From: Nemertoderma westbladi
Lineage: Eukaryota; Animalia; Xenacoelomorpha
NCBI GenBank assembly: GCA_032718475.1
Contig: JAUCBJ010008582.1
Coordinates: forward strand, 1-64,000
Reading direction: 5' to 3'
DNA length: 64,000 nucleotides
In this document: piece after piece, positions 1-11,930 of the stretch
Layout: each line of letters starts with the position of its first letter
Numbering within the stretch: position 1 is the stretch's first letter
The notes under the pieces: model-generated
The model's input: the letters and a program-made list of their open reading frames with translations, nothing else
Databases searched by the model: none
What the model was told of the DNA's origin: nothing
Position numbers and translations under genes: made by a program

Positions 1-260
1 CTCTCACCTGACTTCCGGGTCCATGATCCCAGGTAACAGAAGTCGTCCACATGCTCAAGCATACCATCCTTTGAGCTTATACTCATCCGGTCAGAGACTT
101 GCTCAGGAGTTTCAAAGTTAACTGTCAAAATTGTGGTCTTTCTGGAGTCAATAAAAAGACCAACACTAGAAGCAGCATGTTCTAATGAGCTGAGGAGCCG
201 TTGGGCTCCCTCTAGTGATTCTGAGAGTACACCTAAGTCATCAGCAAAGTCTAGATCAGG
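1..260 (-). mobile_element. RTE-clade LINE reverse transcriptase fragment (cut by the window edge)
   Basis: Manual minus-strand translation gives PDLDFADDLGVLSESLEGAQRLLSSLEHAASSVGLFIDSRKT...KDGMLEHVDDFCYLGSW. This contains the FADD motif and closely matches KDGVLEHVDGFCYLG of the RTE copy near 39300. Confidence 0.85.
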
Positions 261-280
261 TCATGGTCATGATCATGGTC

Positions 281-1609
281 AGGTTAATGGTAAGGTAACG
301 AGGGAGGTTTACCGGTAGGTTAATGGTAAGGTAACGAGGGAGGTTTACCGGTAGGTTAATGGTAAGGTAACGAGGGAGGTTTACCGGTAGGTTAATGGTA
401 AGGTAACGAGGGAGGTTTACCGGTAGGTTAATGGTAAGGTAACGAGGGAGGTTTACCGGTAGGTTAATGGTAAGGTAACGAGGGAGGTTTACCGGTAGGT
501 TAATGGTAAGGTAACGAGGGAGGTTTACCGGTAGGTTAATGGTAAGGTAACGAGGGAGGTTTACCGGTAGGTTAATGGTAAGGTAACGAGGGAGGTTTAC
601 CGGTAGGTTAATGGTAAGGTAACGAGGGAGGTTTACCGGTAGGTTAATGGTAAGGTAACGAGGGAGGTTTACCGGTAGGTTAATGGTAAGGTAACGAGGG
701 AGGTTTACCGGTAGGTTAATGGTAAGGTAACGAGGGAGGTTTACCGGTAGGTTAATGGTAAGGTAACGAGGGAGGTTTACCGGTAGGTTAATGGTAAGGT
801 AACGAGGGAGGTTTACCGGTAGGTTAATGGTAAGGTAACGAGGGAGGTTTACCGGTAGGTTAATGGTAAGGTAACGAGGGAGGTTTACCGGTAGGTTAAT
901 GGTAAGGTAACGAGGGAGGTTTACCGGTAGGTTAATGGTAAGGTAACGAGGGAGGTTTACCGGTAGGTTAATGGTAAGGTAACGAGGGAGGTTTACCGGT
1001 AGGTTAATGGTAAGGTAACGAGGGAGGTTTACCGGTAGGTTAATGGTAAGGTAACGAGGGAGGTTTACCGGTAGGTTAATGGTAAGGTAACGAGGGAGGT
1101 TTACCGGTAGGTTAATGGTAAGGTAACGAGGGAGGTTTACCGGTAGGTTAATGGTAAGGTAACGAGGGAGGTTTACCGGTAGGTTAATGGTAAGGTAACG
1201 AGGGAGGTTTACCGGTAGGTTAATGGTAAGGTAACGAGGGAGGTTTACCGGTAGGTTAATGGTAAGGTAACGAGGGAGGTTTACCGGTAGGTTAATGGTA
1301 AGGTAACGAGGGAGGTTTACCGGTAGGTTAATGGTAAGGTAACGAGGGAGGTTTACCGGTAGGTTAATGGTAAGGTAACGAGGGAGGTTTACCGGTAGGT
1401 TAATGGTAAGGTAACGAGGGAGGTTTACCGGTAGGTTAATGGTAAGGTAACGAGGGAGGTTTACCGGTAGGTTAATGGTAAGGTAACGAGGGAGGTTTAC
1501 CGGTAGGTTAATGGTAAGGTAACGAGGGAGGTTTACCGGTAGGTTAATGGTAAGGTAACGAGGGAGGTTTACCGGTAGGTTAATGGTAAGGTAACGAGGG
1601 AGGTTTACC
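281..1609. repeat. Homogeneous 36-bp minisatellite, ~37 copies (AGGTTAATGGTAAGGTAACGAGGGAGGTTTACCGGT)
   Basis: Directly visible, with no variant units seen. It explains the 12-aa-periodic 457-aa ORF on the minus strand. Confidence 0.98.
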
Positions 1610-2110
1610 CCCCTCCCTTGAAAAAACAAACTAAATAAAAATATTCATTAATGGAATTGTTCTCCATATTATAATAGCCAATAGCAATAATTCAAATTGC
1701 CCATTATACCCGTTACCATGGCAATGAGATTGTAATCAAATACATTAATTATTTTTGGGCGTATTCGTCTAGTTATGCGGTTGTTATGCGTTGTTAGTAA
1801 TCTGGTTATGCTTCAAACACAATTATATACCCAATAAGCAATAACATTTTAGTACAAATAAAGGTTTTCAAAATATTGCCAATTGTTTTATTTTTATTTT
1901 TGTACAAAAAAGTCATCGGCAACAACAAGATAAGAATTCCAGAAAAAAAAGCTGTATTAACTTCTCTAATCGTTTACTCATCATGTCAAACAAACCAAAT
2001 TGGCAAAAATTCCCGCAAATAAGAAAGTCATTCAGTTGAAATCTCGGTCGCACAACCTGCATGTATTCCGGGCAGACTTGACTTAGTAAGTATTTATATT
2101 CATTATTTAA

Positions 2111-3427
2111 GGCATTTTATTCATATCTTAATACTACCAAGTCAAACAGGGAAACAGTTGGGCCATTTAAATCAAATGGAGTCAACGTGACAGATGATGG
2201 TAAGGCTGCAGATATTCTTAATAAATACTTCACTTCTGTGTTTACTTTTGGTACCTCCACAGCTCATCCTGATCCTATTGTTAAATGTCCAGAAACAATT
2301 GATAGCATCAACTTCTCCACAACCGATTTAGAGAATAAGATTAAGAAGTTACGTCCCTCGGCAGCCCCTGGTCCAGACTTGATTGGTGCTAGATCCTTGC
2401 AATCTGTAGCTGATATTATTTCAAACCCTCTTGCACATATCTTCAGGTTATCATTTTCCGAAGGAATAGTTCCTGAGGATTGGCGTAAGGCAAACGTTAC
2501 ACCCATTTTCAAAAGGGGTAGTAAATCAGAGCCAGGAAACTATCGGCCCGTTTCTTTAACTTCTGTTTGCTGCAAATTGATGGAGGCCATTGTCAAGGAT
2601 GCAATCTTGTATTATGTTATTTTGAATAACTTAATTATCAGCTCCCAGCATGGCTTTATGCCTGGTAAGTCATGCCTAACGAATCTTCTTGAGTATTTAG
2701 AATGCCTAACCAAGCTTGTTGATGAAGGTCATTCTGTCGATGTCATCTACCTTGATTTCAGCAAGGCCTTTGACAAGGTCCCACATTCTCGATTATTAGT
2801 TAAGCTAGAGGCACTTGGTATATGTGGCAATCTACTACGATGGATAGAGGTATGGTTATCTGATAGACTTCAGCGGGTGGTACTCAATGGTTCATTCTCT
2901 AATTGGGCTCCAGTTCTTTCCGGTGTTCCACAGGGGTCAGTTCTGGGACCATTACTTTTTGTAATTTATATCAACGACATCGATAGTGCTATTGATACAG
3001 TTGGACACTTCATGTTTAAGATTGCAGACGACACTAAACTCGGTGGTATTGTAAACAATGCTTGTGACAGGACAAAATTACAGGCCGACATTGACAACCT
3101 CTATAAATGGAGTATAGACTGGCAGATGTTGTTTAATTATTCTAAATGTCACATTTTGCACTTTGGTAAACATAACTACGACTTTCAATACACCATTTCA
3201 AGCCATACGCTGCAAAGTGTTGCCGTCGAAAAGGATGTTGGGGTGCACACCCACTCTTCATTAAAGCCATCATATCATTGTGCAGCTGCTGCAAAGAAGG
3301 CTAATCAGGTATTAGGTCAAATGTCTAGGAGCTTCCACTATAGGGACAAATCAACTTGGGTGCGTCTATACAAACTCTATGTTCGTCCACATCTCGAATA
3401 TTGTGTGCAGTCATGGTCACCATGGCT
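2111..3427 (+). mobile_element. CR1/L2-group LINE reverse transcriptase fragment, truncated at both ends
   Basis: ORF 2187-3437 has PGPD, NYRPVSLTSVCCKLME, QHGF, YLDFSKAFDKVPH, GVPQGSVLGPLLF and IADDTKL, and ends VRPHLEYCVQSWSPW. It is fused directly to a truncated BEL LTR at ~3428. Confidence 0.93.
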
Positions 3428-3723
3428 ACTACCTTGAGCAGATACAATTCAATCGTAGCGGTCAATTCAAATAAGTTGAAAATTGGCACAAAAAACAATT
3501 TACACCTGCTAGGATTTGAATTCGATACCTATCAAACGATTTTCTAACGCATAACCCACTGAGCTACTGAACCACTTGAATAATGTTGTACAAATAGCTA
3601 TACCAAATGCAAATGAGAACTTAATGTAATCTTATAACATATGAACCTATCAAATAATGCAAATTAATTCCAACTAATTAAAATTTTGAAATTTCACGGC
3701 TTTTGTGAGGATATAATTCTATA
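3428..3723 (-). repeat. E1 3' LTR, truncated (its 3' ~270 bp is missing)
   Basis: Near-identical to ~16179-16473. Preceded on the minus strand by a short purine tract (GGAGTGG). Confidence 0.85.
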
Positions 3724-4256
3724 CCACTCCATGAAAACAGGATATTATCATGCATAAAATAAACGGTTTTCACCAATAATTACAAATCAAATTATGAAAT
3801 ACTTAGAGCGTACATATTTAAGGCTTTAATTAAGTAGATACAATTTCCAAATATAAATCTAAATTACATTCACCAAATATAAATCTATTGCATCTCAAAT
3901 ATTGCATAAATTCAAAATAATTACAAATACAAATAAATGAAATCTTAAGAAAGGCTCGCGAGTCTTCCGTCCACCCTTTGCCTCTCAAATATTGCATAAA
4001 TTCAAATAATTACAAATACAAATACTTTCGTACCTAAATATAAACAATTTCACTTTGTACCTAAATATAAATTGCATAAGTTCGGAATAATTACAAATAT
4101 AAATCTTTCTAAATATAAATCTTTCAAATATAAATTGCATAACTTTCTAAATATAAATCTTTCATACCTAACTAAAATATGCATCTTTATATAATGCTAA
4201 TAAATGAAATCATAAGAAAGGCTCGCGAGTCTTCCGTCCACCCTTTGCCTTCCATT

Positions 4257-5014
4257 TCATCGCTTTGTAGATTGGGCTCGGCCGCGTCCTCGAAAACTGC
4301 ATATAGGCGACTTTGCTCGTACTACAGGACTTATGGGGAGAGTCACTAGTTTACCTTGGACGTTGGGAGACGGTGCGACCATTTCCTCACAAGCTCGCCT
4401 CTTAGTAAACCCAAATCCTCGTCCGACTCCTCGTGACCGATTAGTTGGTTCTACCGATGGCAAAACGTCTGGGAATGCGCTGGAAGCGGACGGCGCAGAC
4501 CCAAGAGAAGCTTGCGCCCCCTTTTGATCGGGTGGTATGTGTCCCAATGCTCCTCGCGGTTCTCTGGGAAGTGACACCGTATCTCGAGTAACTCGAATAG
4601 TCGGCTCAAATCCCTTTCGTTCTTCAATGTTAAGAGTTTTCTTTAATTGTTGGCTCACTTTCTGAACCCTTATGATCCTGTTCTGTCCGTCCTCCCGAGG
4701 GTGACGTGCAGACGGCGCAACCGGAGTGGCTGGTATGTCGGTCGCCTCTAGGATCTCCTCTTCCTCGAATACGCTCGACCATATACGTTTATGGTAGAAG
4801 GCGGCTCGGTACGCCCATGCGACTGTTAACCAAGCTCCCTGGTTTCGCTTTTCAGTTCAAAAGCGGTAGAATTCACCATACGTGATACGATTAACGACTT
4901 TCTGGAAATTCCAAGTGTTCTTATTGTCTGGATGAATCTGCAATAAATATTCTCGCACGACCCTGAATCCACTATCGTGAGGCACAATGTCAACTACCTC
5001 TATCAATTCATCAT
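4257..5014 (-). pseudogene. 3' remnant of E1 accessory ORF3 (copy 1)
   Basis: Near-identical to 17045-17802. The upstream ~3.5 kb is deleted at junction 5014/5023. Confidence 0.85.
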
Positions 5015-6986
5015 GTGTCAATGCTCCTATGTGACACATAAGGGTACTACCCTTTAATGTTCACATATAAAGACAATGGAATTCTACCGCTGTCTTTACT
5101 ACAGTGTACAGGTACGTGGAAATCTATTTGGTAAACACATATATTATTTACTAAGATTTGTTGGAGACTTATAATCTCCAGACTCATTCCGAGTCTCTTC
5201 AAGAAGTACGAGACGTTGAGTCGGTCTGTCTACAGTACGACCGTCAATTGTCTGTACCATCACAGTCCTTGTCACTCCGTCCATAGATGGGTGTATATCT
5301 AAAATAACACCAGTTAACCAGAAGCGTCTTTTTAAATTCACTTCTGCTAACAGTACATGATCGCCCGGTTTTAAAGCTCGGGTGTTATTATACCAAGTAG
5401 TTCTGGCAGAAATAGAGGGCAAATAATGGTTTTGCCATATTTCCCAGAATTTGTTAGCTAGTAGTTGCGTGATTTTCCACGCCTTTCTACCATAGCTATC
5501 GCCTTCCATTGGAATAGAAATAGGCATCAATGTAGTCGGTGCCTGCATTAGCAGGTGTGCTGGTGTTAAAGCAAACTGGGATTGTTTGTCATCAGGTACT
5601 AATACTATGGGTCTAGTATTTAGTATTACCTCGATTTCAACAAACAATGTGGTCAATTGGTCGTCTGTCAAGATGTGGTGTACTGGAATGACTTTTGCCA
5701 TGGCTGTTTTAATGGATCTTATCAGTCTCTCCATGGACTATCTGTAGGGTTAAATCTCCAAACAATCTTGTAAGGACGTAATTCGTTGGAGATCTGATCG
5801 TGATCTAATTTCTTAAAGGCCCTTGCAATTTCATTTCGAGCACCAACAAAGTTTGTACCTTGGTAATATGAACTGCCCTACTGGACATATATCAGTCCCC
5901 AACATTTTACTAGTATACATCCACATTTCGTATTTATGGGACCAAAGCAGTCAATTCCAGTCTCTGTGAAAGGTGGTCTGAATGCTTGTAGTCGTGCTTG
6001 TGGAAGTTCACTCATTTCTTGGGTACTTATTCTAGAATGTACCTTTTTACAAATAATACACATACGCGTCACTGAACTTAGCGCTTTACTGGGTCTAATT
6101 AATACAAATCTTGTACGTAAATGTGAAAGACAGTGGTGTCTTCCAGCGTGTTTTAGTTGTAAATGTGCGTCCAGTATCATTGCACGTTGTAATTCGTGAT
6201 GTTGTGGTATTATTATTGGGTATCTAAAGTCTGTATTAAAGTCAATGTTTTGAAGCCGAGATTTATGACAAATTAAGCCATTATAAATTTATCGGACTCC
6301 AACTCAATATTGGTGACGACTTGATTGGTTGACCTTGACTTATAGATGTGAATTTGCGTGCGAAATATCGCAATTGGTAATGGCGAATTAATTTAATTTC
6401 ACATCTGTCAATCTCAGTCGTGTAAAGTCGCGTTTGCCCTTAACGTATTGTACAAAACGTACAATCCACGCTAATTTTCGGCATGCTTTTGTCCAAGAAT
6501 CTGTCAGGTTTACAATACGGTCGACATAAGTATTTATGACGTCATCAGGTAAGTCAGTGATAAGTCTGGAAGGTCTAGTTTTACTAGATGGGCCCACGGG
6601 TCCGCCGGTAGGTATTCCCTTATTGACTGTTGATCCGTCCGGGTCTACGAGTATTTTGTCCTTCTTCGTCTTCTTACCTTGATTGTCGGTACTTTGCGAG
6701 TCGATCCTTAATGGTGGTTTAAATTCTATAGGATCACTGGATTTCGGTAAACTTATGTTTCTGCCGATATTTATCCCAGGTCCCACCGTGGGTTGTAAGG
6801 TTGGTATGTCTCTTGAGCGCAAAGTAACACCTGTATTTACATTTGTATAGGTACTACCCACATCTGTAATACATGAGGTTTCACTCTACTTATGGTTACT
6901 CAAGAGTGTCAAATTTGATAGTTTGTCAATAGAAGGCCGCTCCAATAGAGAAACTGCGGCTTTACTATGTATTGATGTGTTACCAA

Positions 6987-7130
6987 TGTCTGGTGACATA
7001 TCTGGCGAAATGTCTGGTTGACCGTCTGGTAACATGTCTGGTTGATCATCTGGTAACATGTCTGGTTGACCGTCTGGTAACATGTCTGGTTGATCATCTG
7101 GTAACATGTCTGGTTGACCGTCTGGCGATG
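6987..7130. repeat. 24-bp coding tandem repeat (PD[G/D]QPDML) between RNase H and integrase
   Basis: TGTCTGGTTGA(C/T)C(G/A)TCTGGTAACA units. A second copy lies at ~23305-23420. Confidence 0.9.
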
Positions 7131-10100
7131 CATCTGGTGAAGAAAGGCTCGCAAGTCTTCCGTTTTTAACTTTATAAGTTATATTTTTCCTTTTCGCCTT
7201 TGGTTTCTTCTTAAGTTTCGCCGTCGTCTTTTTCTTTGCTTTCCCTTTCTTTGGTTTTTTAATTTCTGCGTCCTTAGGGATAGTGTTAGACTTATTATTG
7301 TATAATGGCGGCCAATGTTGTGATGATCTTTGTAAGAATTGTGGTCCATGTTGCCAAAATTTCTTGTTCTCCGGTTTACAGAACTCCTCGGGCATCATTC
7401 CTCATGACGCAATATCAGCTGGATTTTGTGGTCCGGGACAATGTCGCCAATCTTCCTTTATTGAACGGTCTAAAATTTCCGCACGACGGTTAGCTACAAA
7501 TGTCTTAAATTCAAGTCTGTCGTTGTTTATATAAAACAAAACTAACGTCGCGTCAGTCCAATAAAATATCTGTAAACTTGATTGTAGTTCAGTCTGTATA
7601 AGGTTTACAATGGTAGTTGACAAGGTTGCTGCTTGTAGCTCAGCGCGTGGTGTCGTCATATACTTAGTAGGCATGGTTTTAGCCTTAGAAGTAATGAGCG
7701 ATACATCAAACTCGTCTAAGTCTACTTGTCTACGCAGATACGCTGTCACTCCAAAGCCATTGTCACTGGCGTCAGAAAAACAATGTAATTCTAAATTGTC
7801 AGGAAATGTCGATTGTAATGGAAAATACACCCAGGGTATGGAATAATCTTCTAGTGAAGACAATTGCGCCTTCAAGTTTTCCATAAGTCTACTTGTTCAG
7901 ATGAGATCGGTTCGTCCCATGTCAGTCCATCTTTCCAGATACTGCGCATATATATGCAGGCTTGCAGTATTATTGGGCTGATGAAACCTAATGGATCAAA
8001 CAATCGACTCAACTTTGATAAGCAGGATCTCTTGGTCAGAGAACCTCCTTGATCATCCAATCTCACTTTTACTTTAAAGTTGCCTGTGTTGGGGTCCCAA
8101 AATAATCCCAACACCTTGGTCATCGGTAGTGGTTCAAATTCTAGATCTATGTCACCACCCCCACGCTCAGTCGTTTCGAACGAATTCACCAATTCGGTGC
8201 TGTTTGAAGCGAACTTGGTTAGATTAAAACCTCCAGTTGCTAAACAGTCCCGTAGTTGATGTGCTACCGTTATAGCACGTTCTACTGTGTCACAACTCTG
8301 TAATCCATCGTCAACGTAAAAGTCTCTTTCTACAATTTTAATTATCTCTGGGTCATATTTGTGTTTCTGGTCCCTAGCGGTTTGTTTTAGGGCGTACATG
8401 GTACAATTTGGGCTATCTCTGGCACCGAATACACGAGCTTGCATTTGGTAAGTCGCCGGTGGTTGACTTAAGTCTCCATCCGGGTAACAGAGGAACCTCA
8501 AACTGTCTCTGTCTCGCTCTAACGCTCGCACCTGGTGAAACATTGCTTCCACGTCGCAAGTAAATGCTACTTGACGTTGGCGGAAGCGCATAATCACCCC
8601 CATGAGATAATTATTCATGTTTGGTCCGTCTATCAACTCACTATTGAGAGACATTCCCTCAAAAAGAGCCGCACAGTCGTTAACCACACATACCTTTTCT
8701 GGTTTGTCAGGGTGTCTCACATAGTGATGTGGCAAGTAGTATGTCTGATCTGTCACAATCTCCGGGTTTGTCATTCTGATAGCGTACCCCTTTGTCAAAT
8801 ACGTCTCCATTTGAGTATTATACCTTAAATGGGCTTTCTCGTCCTTTAATAAATGTTGGCGTATTGAGTTTAAACGCTTTAAGGCTAGTGGATAGTTATT
8901 TATAAGTTTCGGTCGTTGGTTATGCCATAACATCCCTACCTCATAATGTCCGTCTTTCGTCTGGCGTATAGTATCCTCCATGATCTTTAAAGATTGTTTT
9001 TCTTGTTCCGACATACATGGTTCGTAACTACCAGGTTTGGCGGTATCTTGCTCCAACCATTTGATAGTCTTCTCTGTTAATTCTTTGTCCAATGCAGCTT
9101 GTTCCACTCGATAATTTCTTAGTGCGACGACATCGGCGGGTGTTTGTAACGTTCTTGGATTAGGTAGACTCGCAAGCCTTCCGGTGTTATCATCTGTCGT
9201 TGATGGAAACTCTGCTTGACGCGTCTCCTTTCCAATTTCCAAACTAACCTTGTGGATTGGTTTTTGCTCTTCATGACTTAGTGTATTCGCTACGCACGTC
9301 GTACCTGTAACATTGTCGTGTCTCGTCGACTGTTGCGTAGTATAGTCTCTTCCGTTTGAAAAAGAATGAGACAAAGTTGTAGTTAATAAACTACATGTAC
9401 TTTGTACATCATCTTCCTCGTCACTCATATCTAGTGTGCGCACAGGCGCTCGAGTATACCAACCTATCGGAGTTCTACAGGCATAAGCGTTTCCTGCTAC
9501 TACTACCGATGGTCTGGTTTCCCACACTTGATGCAAGTTGAATTGGTCTGTCCCGATCAACATCGCTACTGATCTCTAATTAACAGGACATTCTGGTACA
9601 CCAAGGTGTCTAAAATACTTACGGTCCTCCAAGGATTGTTCTGGCAATGGACCTAGTAGGTTACTAAAGTCCTTTGCGGCCGCAAAGGTTAAATCCCTAA
9701 AAGGAAGCAAAGACCTCTCCTTTTCGCTATGTTGCGATTTTGGGAGAAGGGTGTCTAAGTTCAACTTAACTCTTGTCACTGGTATTGCACGTTGTCCATG
9801 CATACTACTTACGGTATATCTGACATTCTTCCCTTGTTGAAGGTCCGTTACGACGTCAGCTACCTTCTCATCCACGTAGCTGTGAGATGAGGCTGAATCT
9901 AGTATGGCGTAAATACGTTTGCTCCCCTTGGTGCCCGTAATCTTGACAGGAATTACACTGAATCCTTTCAGTTGATCAGGCGTCAGAAGTGCAATTGATG
10001 GTTGTTTGTCTCCAGTATACGCGTTGTCATCTTCTGACTCTTCATCCGAAGACCCGGATTGTTCTGGGAAACAATCCCGTATATGCGTCACAAAGGTTGG

Positions 10101-11610
10101 TGTTGTTTTCGATTCTCGTGTTTTATATGCAGCATTACATTTTGCGGCTGCTTCTGGGTGTTCCCTGGTGAAGCGTTTCGTCGGTGTATGACTATCTGTG
10201 TGGAGTAACGCGTCATGGTTGTGTCCACAAGAAGGACAGGTGTCTGTATTTGGACAATCTTTACGGACATGTCCGTGTTGTGTACACCTCCAACAAGAAT
10301 CTAATGGCCGTATTTGTAGCCGTCGTTCTTCAGAGTTTAACTCACGGAATAGTCTACATCCTCTCAATTTATGACTAGTATGCCGCTTACCTATTCTTTC
10401 GCAGTATTGACAACCGCTGAAGTTGGCAGTTAGTTGCTGTCTGCTCTGTTTGATCCCTATTGGTGCGGACACTTTATAACCGTCGGAAAATTGTTGGGTT
10501 TCTGTCGGTGTGGCGTAAGTGACCATCCTTGTGGATGTCGTCTGTGGTTTCTGTCGGTTAGAAGATGGCAATGTTATCCCCTCGGCTACTATATGTTGGT
10601 CGGTGTAGTTCGACCGAGTTTCGACCACTGCTTCCCTGGATATTAATAGGTAAACGTCTTCTAACTTTAAAAACCCACCAGTCTCTTCTCGCTGGTATTC
10701 GATCTTTCTCCACTCCCTACGAAGTCGATGGTTTGCGTAATCTAGTTGTCCGATTGATCGTAAAGTCGTAATGGAGTTCTTAATTTCGTCGGCTAACTTC
10801 AGTAAGTCCACAGGTTTGGTAATGGCTCCCCCTTTACAGAGTTCTTCTATTACCGACTTGGCCATACTTACTGTACCGCCGTAAATCGAAGTTTAAACGA
10901 TCATAAGCCAACTCAAAGGCGTCTGGTACACCGACAAAGGTCTCTGCTAGACGTTTTGGTTCTCCCGTCAGTGTTTGAAGCAGATAATTAAACTTCTCTC
11001 TCGATGTAAAAGCGCAGGCTGCGATTTGAGATTCAATATAGTCCACAAATGTATGCCAATGTTTAGAATTACCGGAGAACTTTGGTGGTTGCTGCACTGG
11101 TAGTCCTTGTCTGGCTGCGAATTTAGCTATCTCTTCAGCGACATTCAAAGTTTTGCATCCTTGTGTGGCAATCGAATTAATTTCTCCTGTCCTGGACGTC
11201 TTTTCGGATACGAAGTATTTCCTGAGGGTACCGTCCTTTGCGGATCCTTCGGGTGTCTGGTGTGCTCGAATTCCATACTTACTCTCGAACTATCGGTTTG
11301 AGCTTCCTCTAAACGTTCCTCAATCTGGGCCAACTTGTTAACAACTGGTCGCATTAGGTCGGCGAATTGTTGAGTGCTGATCGCGTCTGTTGGTTGTAAC
11401 GCTTTCTGTGTTGGTGTATTTTGTGGAGGATCATTTATAAAGGAATTTGTTGAATGCTCACGTTTGCATTCATCGGCCGCTCCTGTTCTAAACACCTCGC
11501 GTTCGGGGTATTCCGATTCGCTTGAAGTGCTACTATCACCTGGATACGGTGGCCGACGTGCTCGCGTCTGTTGTGTCGTCCGAATTCTAACACTTCGTTT
11601 TGAAACATCG

Positions 11611-11930
11611 TCTACTGGTCTCCGTTGTTCGGTAGGCTCGCAAGTCTTCCTCGAAGTCGTAGATTGCGATGTAAACTGGTTGAGTGGTCGCGTATCTACT
11701 GGTCTCCGTTGTTCGGTAGGCTCGCAAGTTTTCCTCGAAGTCGTAGATTGCGATGTAAACTGGTTGAGTGGTCGCGTATCTACTGGTCTCCGTTGTTCGG
11801 TAGGCTCGCAAGTTTTCCTCGAAGTCGTAGATTGCGATGTAAACTGGTTGAGTGGTCGCGTATCTACTGGTCTCCGTTGTTCTGTTGGCTCGCAAGTCTT
11901 CCTCGAAGTCGTAGATTGCGATGTAAACTG
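11611..11930. repeat. 84-bp coding tandem repeat (~3.8 copies) in E1 gag
   Basis: The 28-aa unit QFTSQSTTSRKTCEPTEQRRPVDTRPLN repeats. Each unit contains the dispersed 17-nt motif. Confidence 0.95.

Noticed and set aside
281-1609. CRISPR-like array (36-bp repeat)
   Set aside because: The units are contiguous with no spacers, there are no cas genes, and the context is eukaryotic.
256-1629. 457-aa repetitive ORF
   Set aside because: By-product of a 36-bp unit that lacks stops in one frame; non-ATG start and no unique domain.
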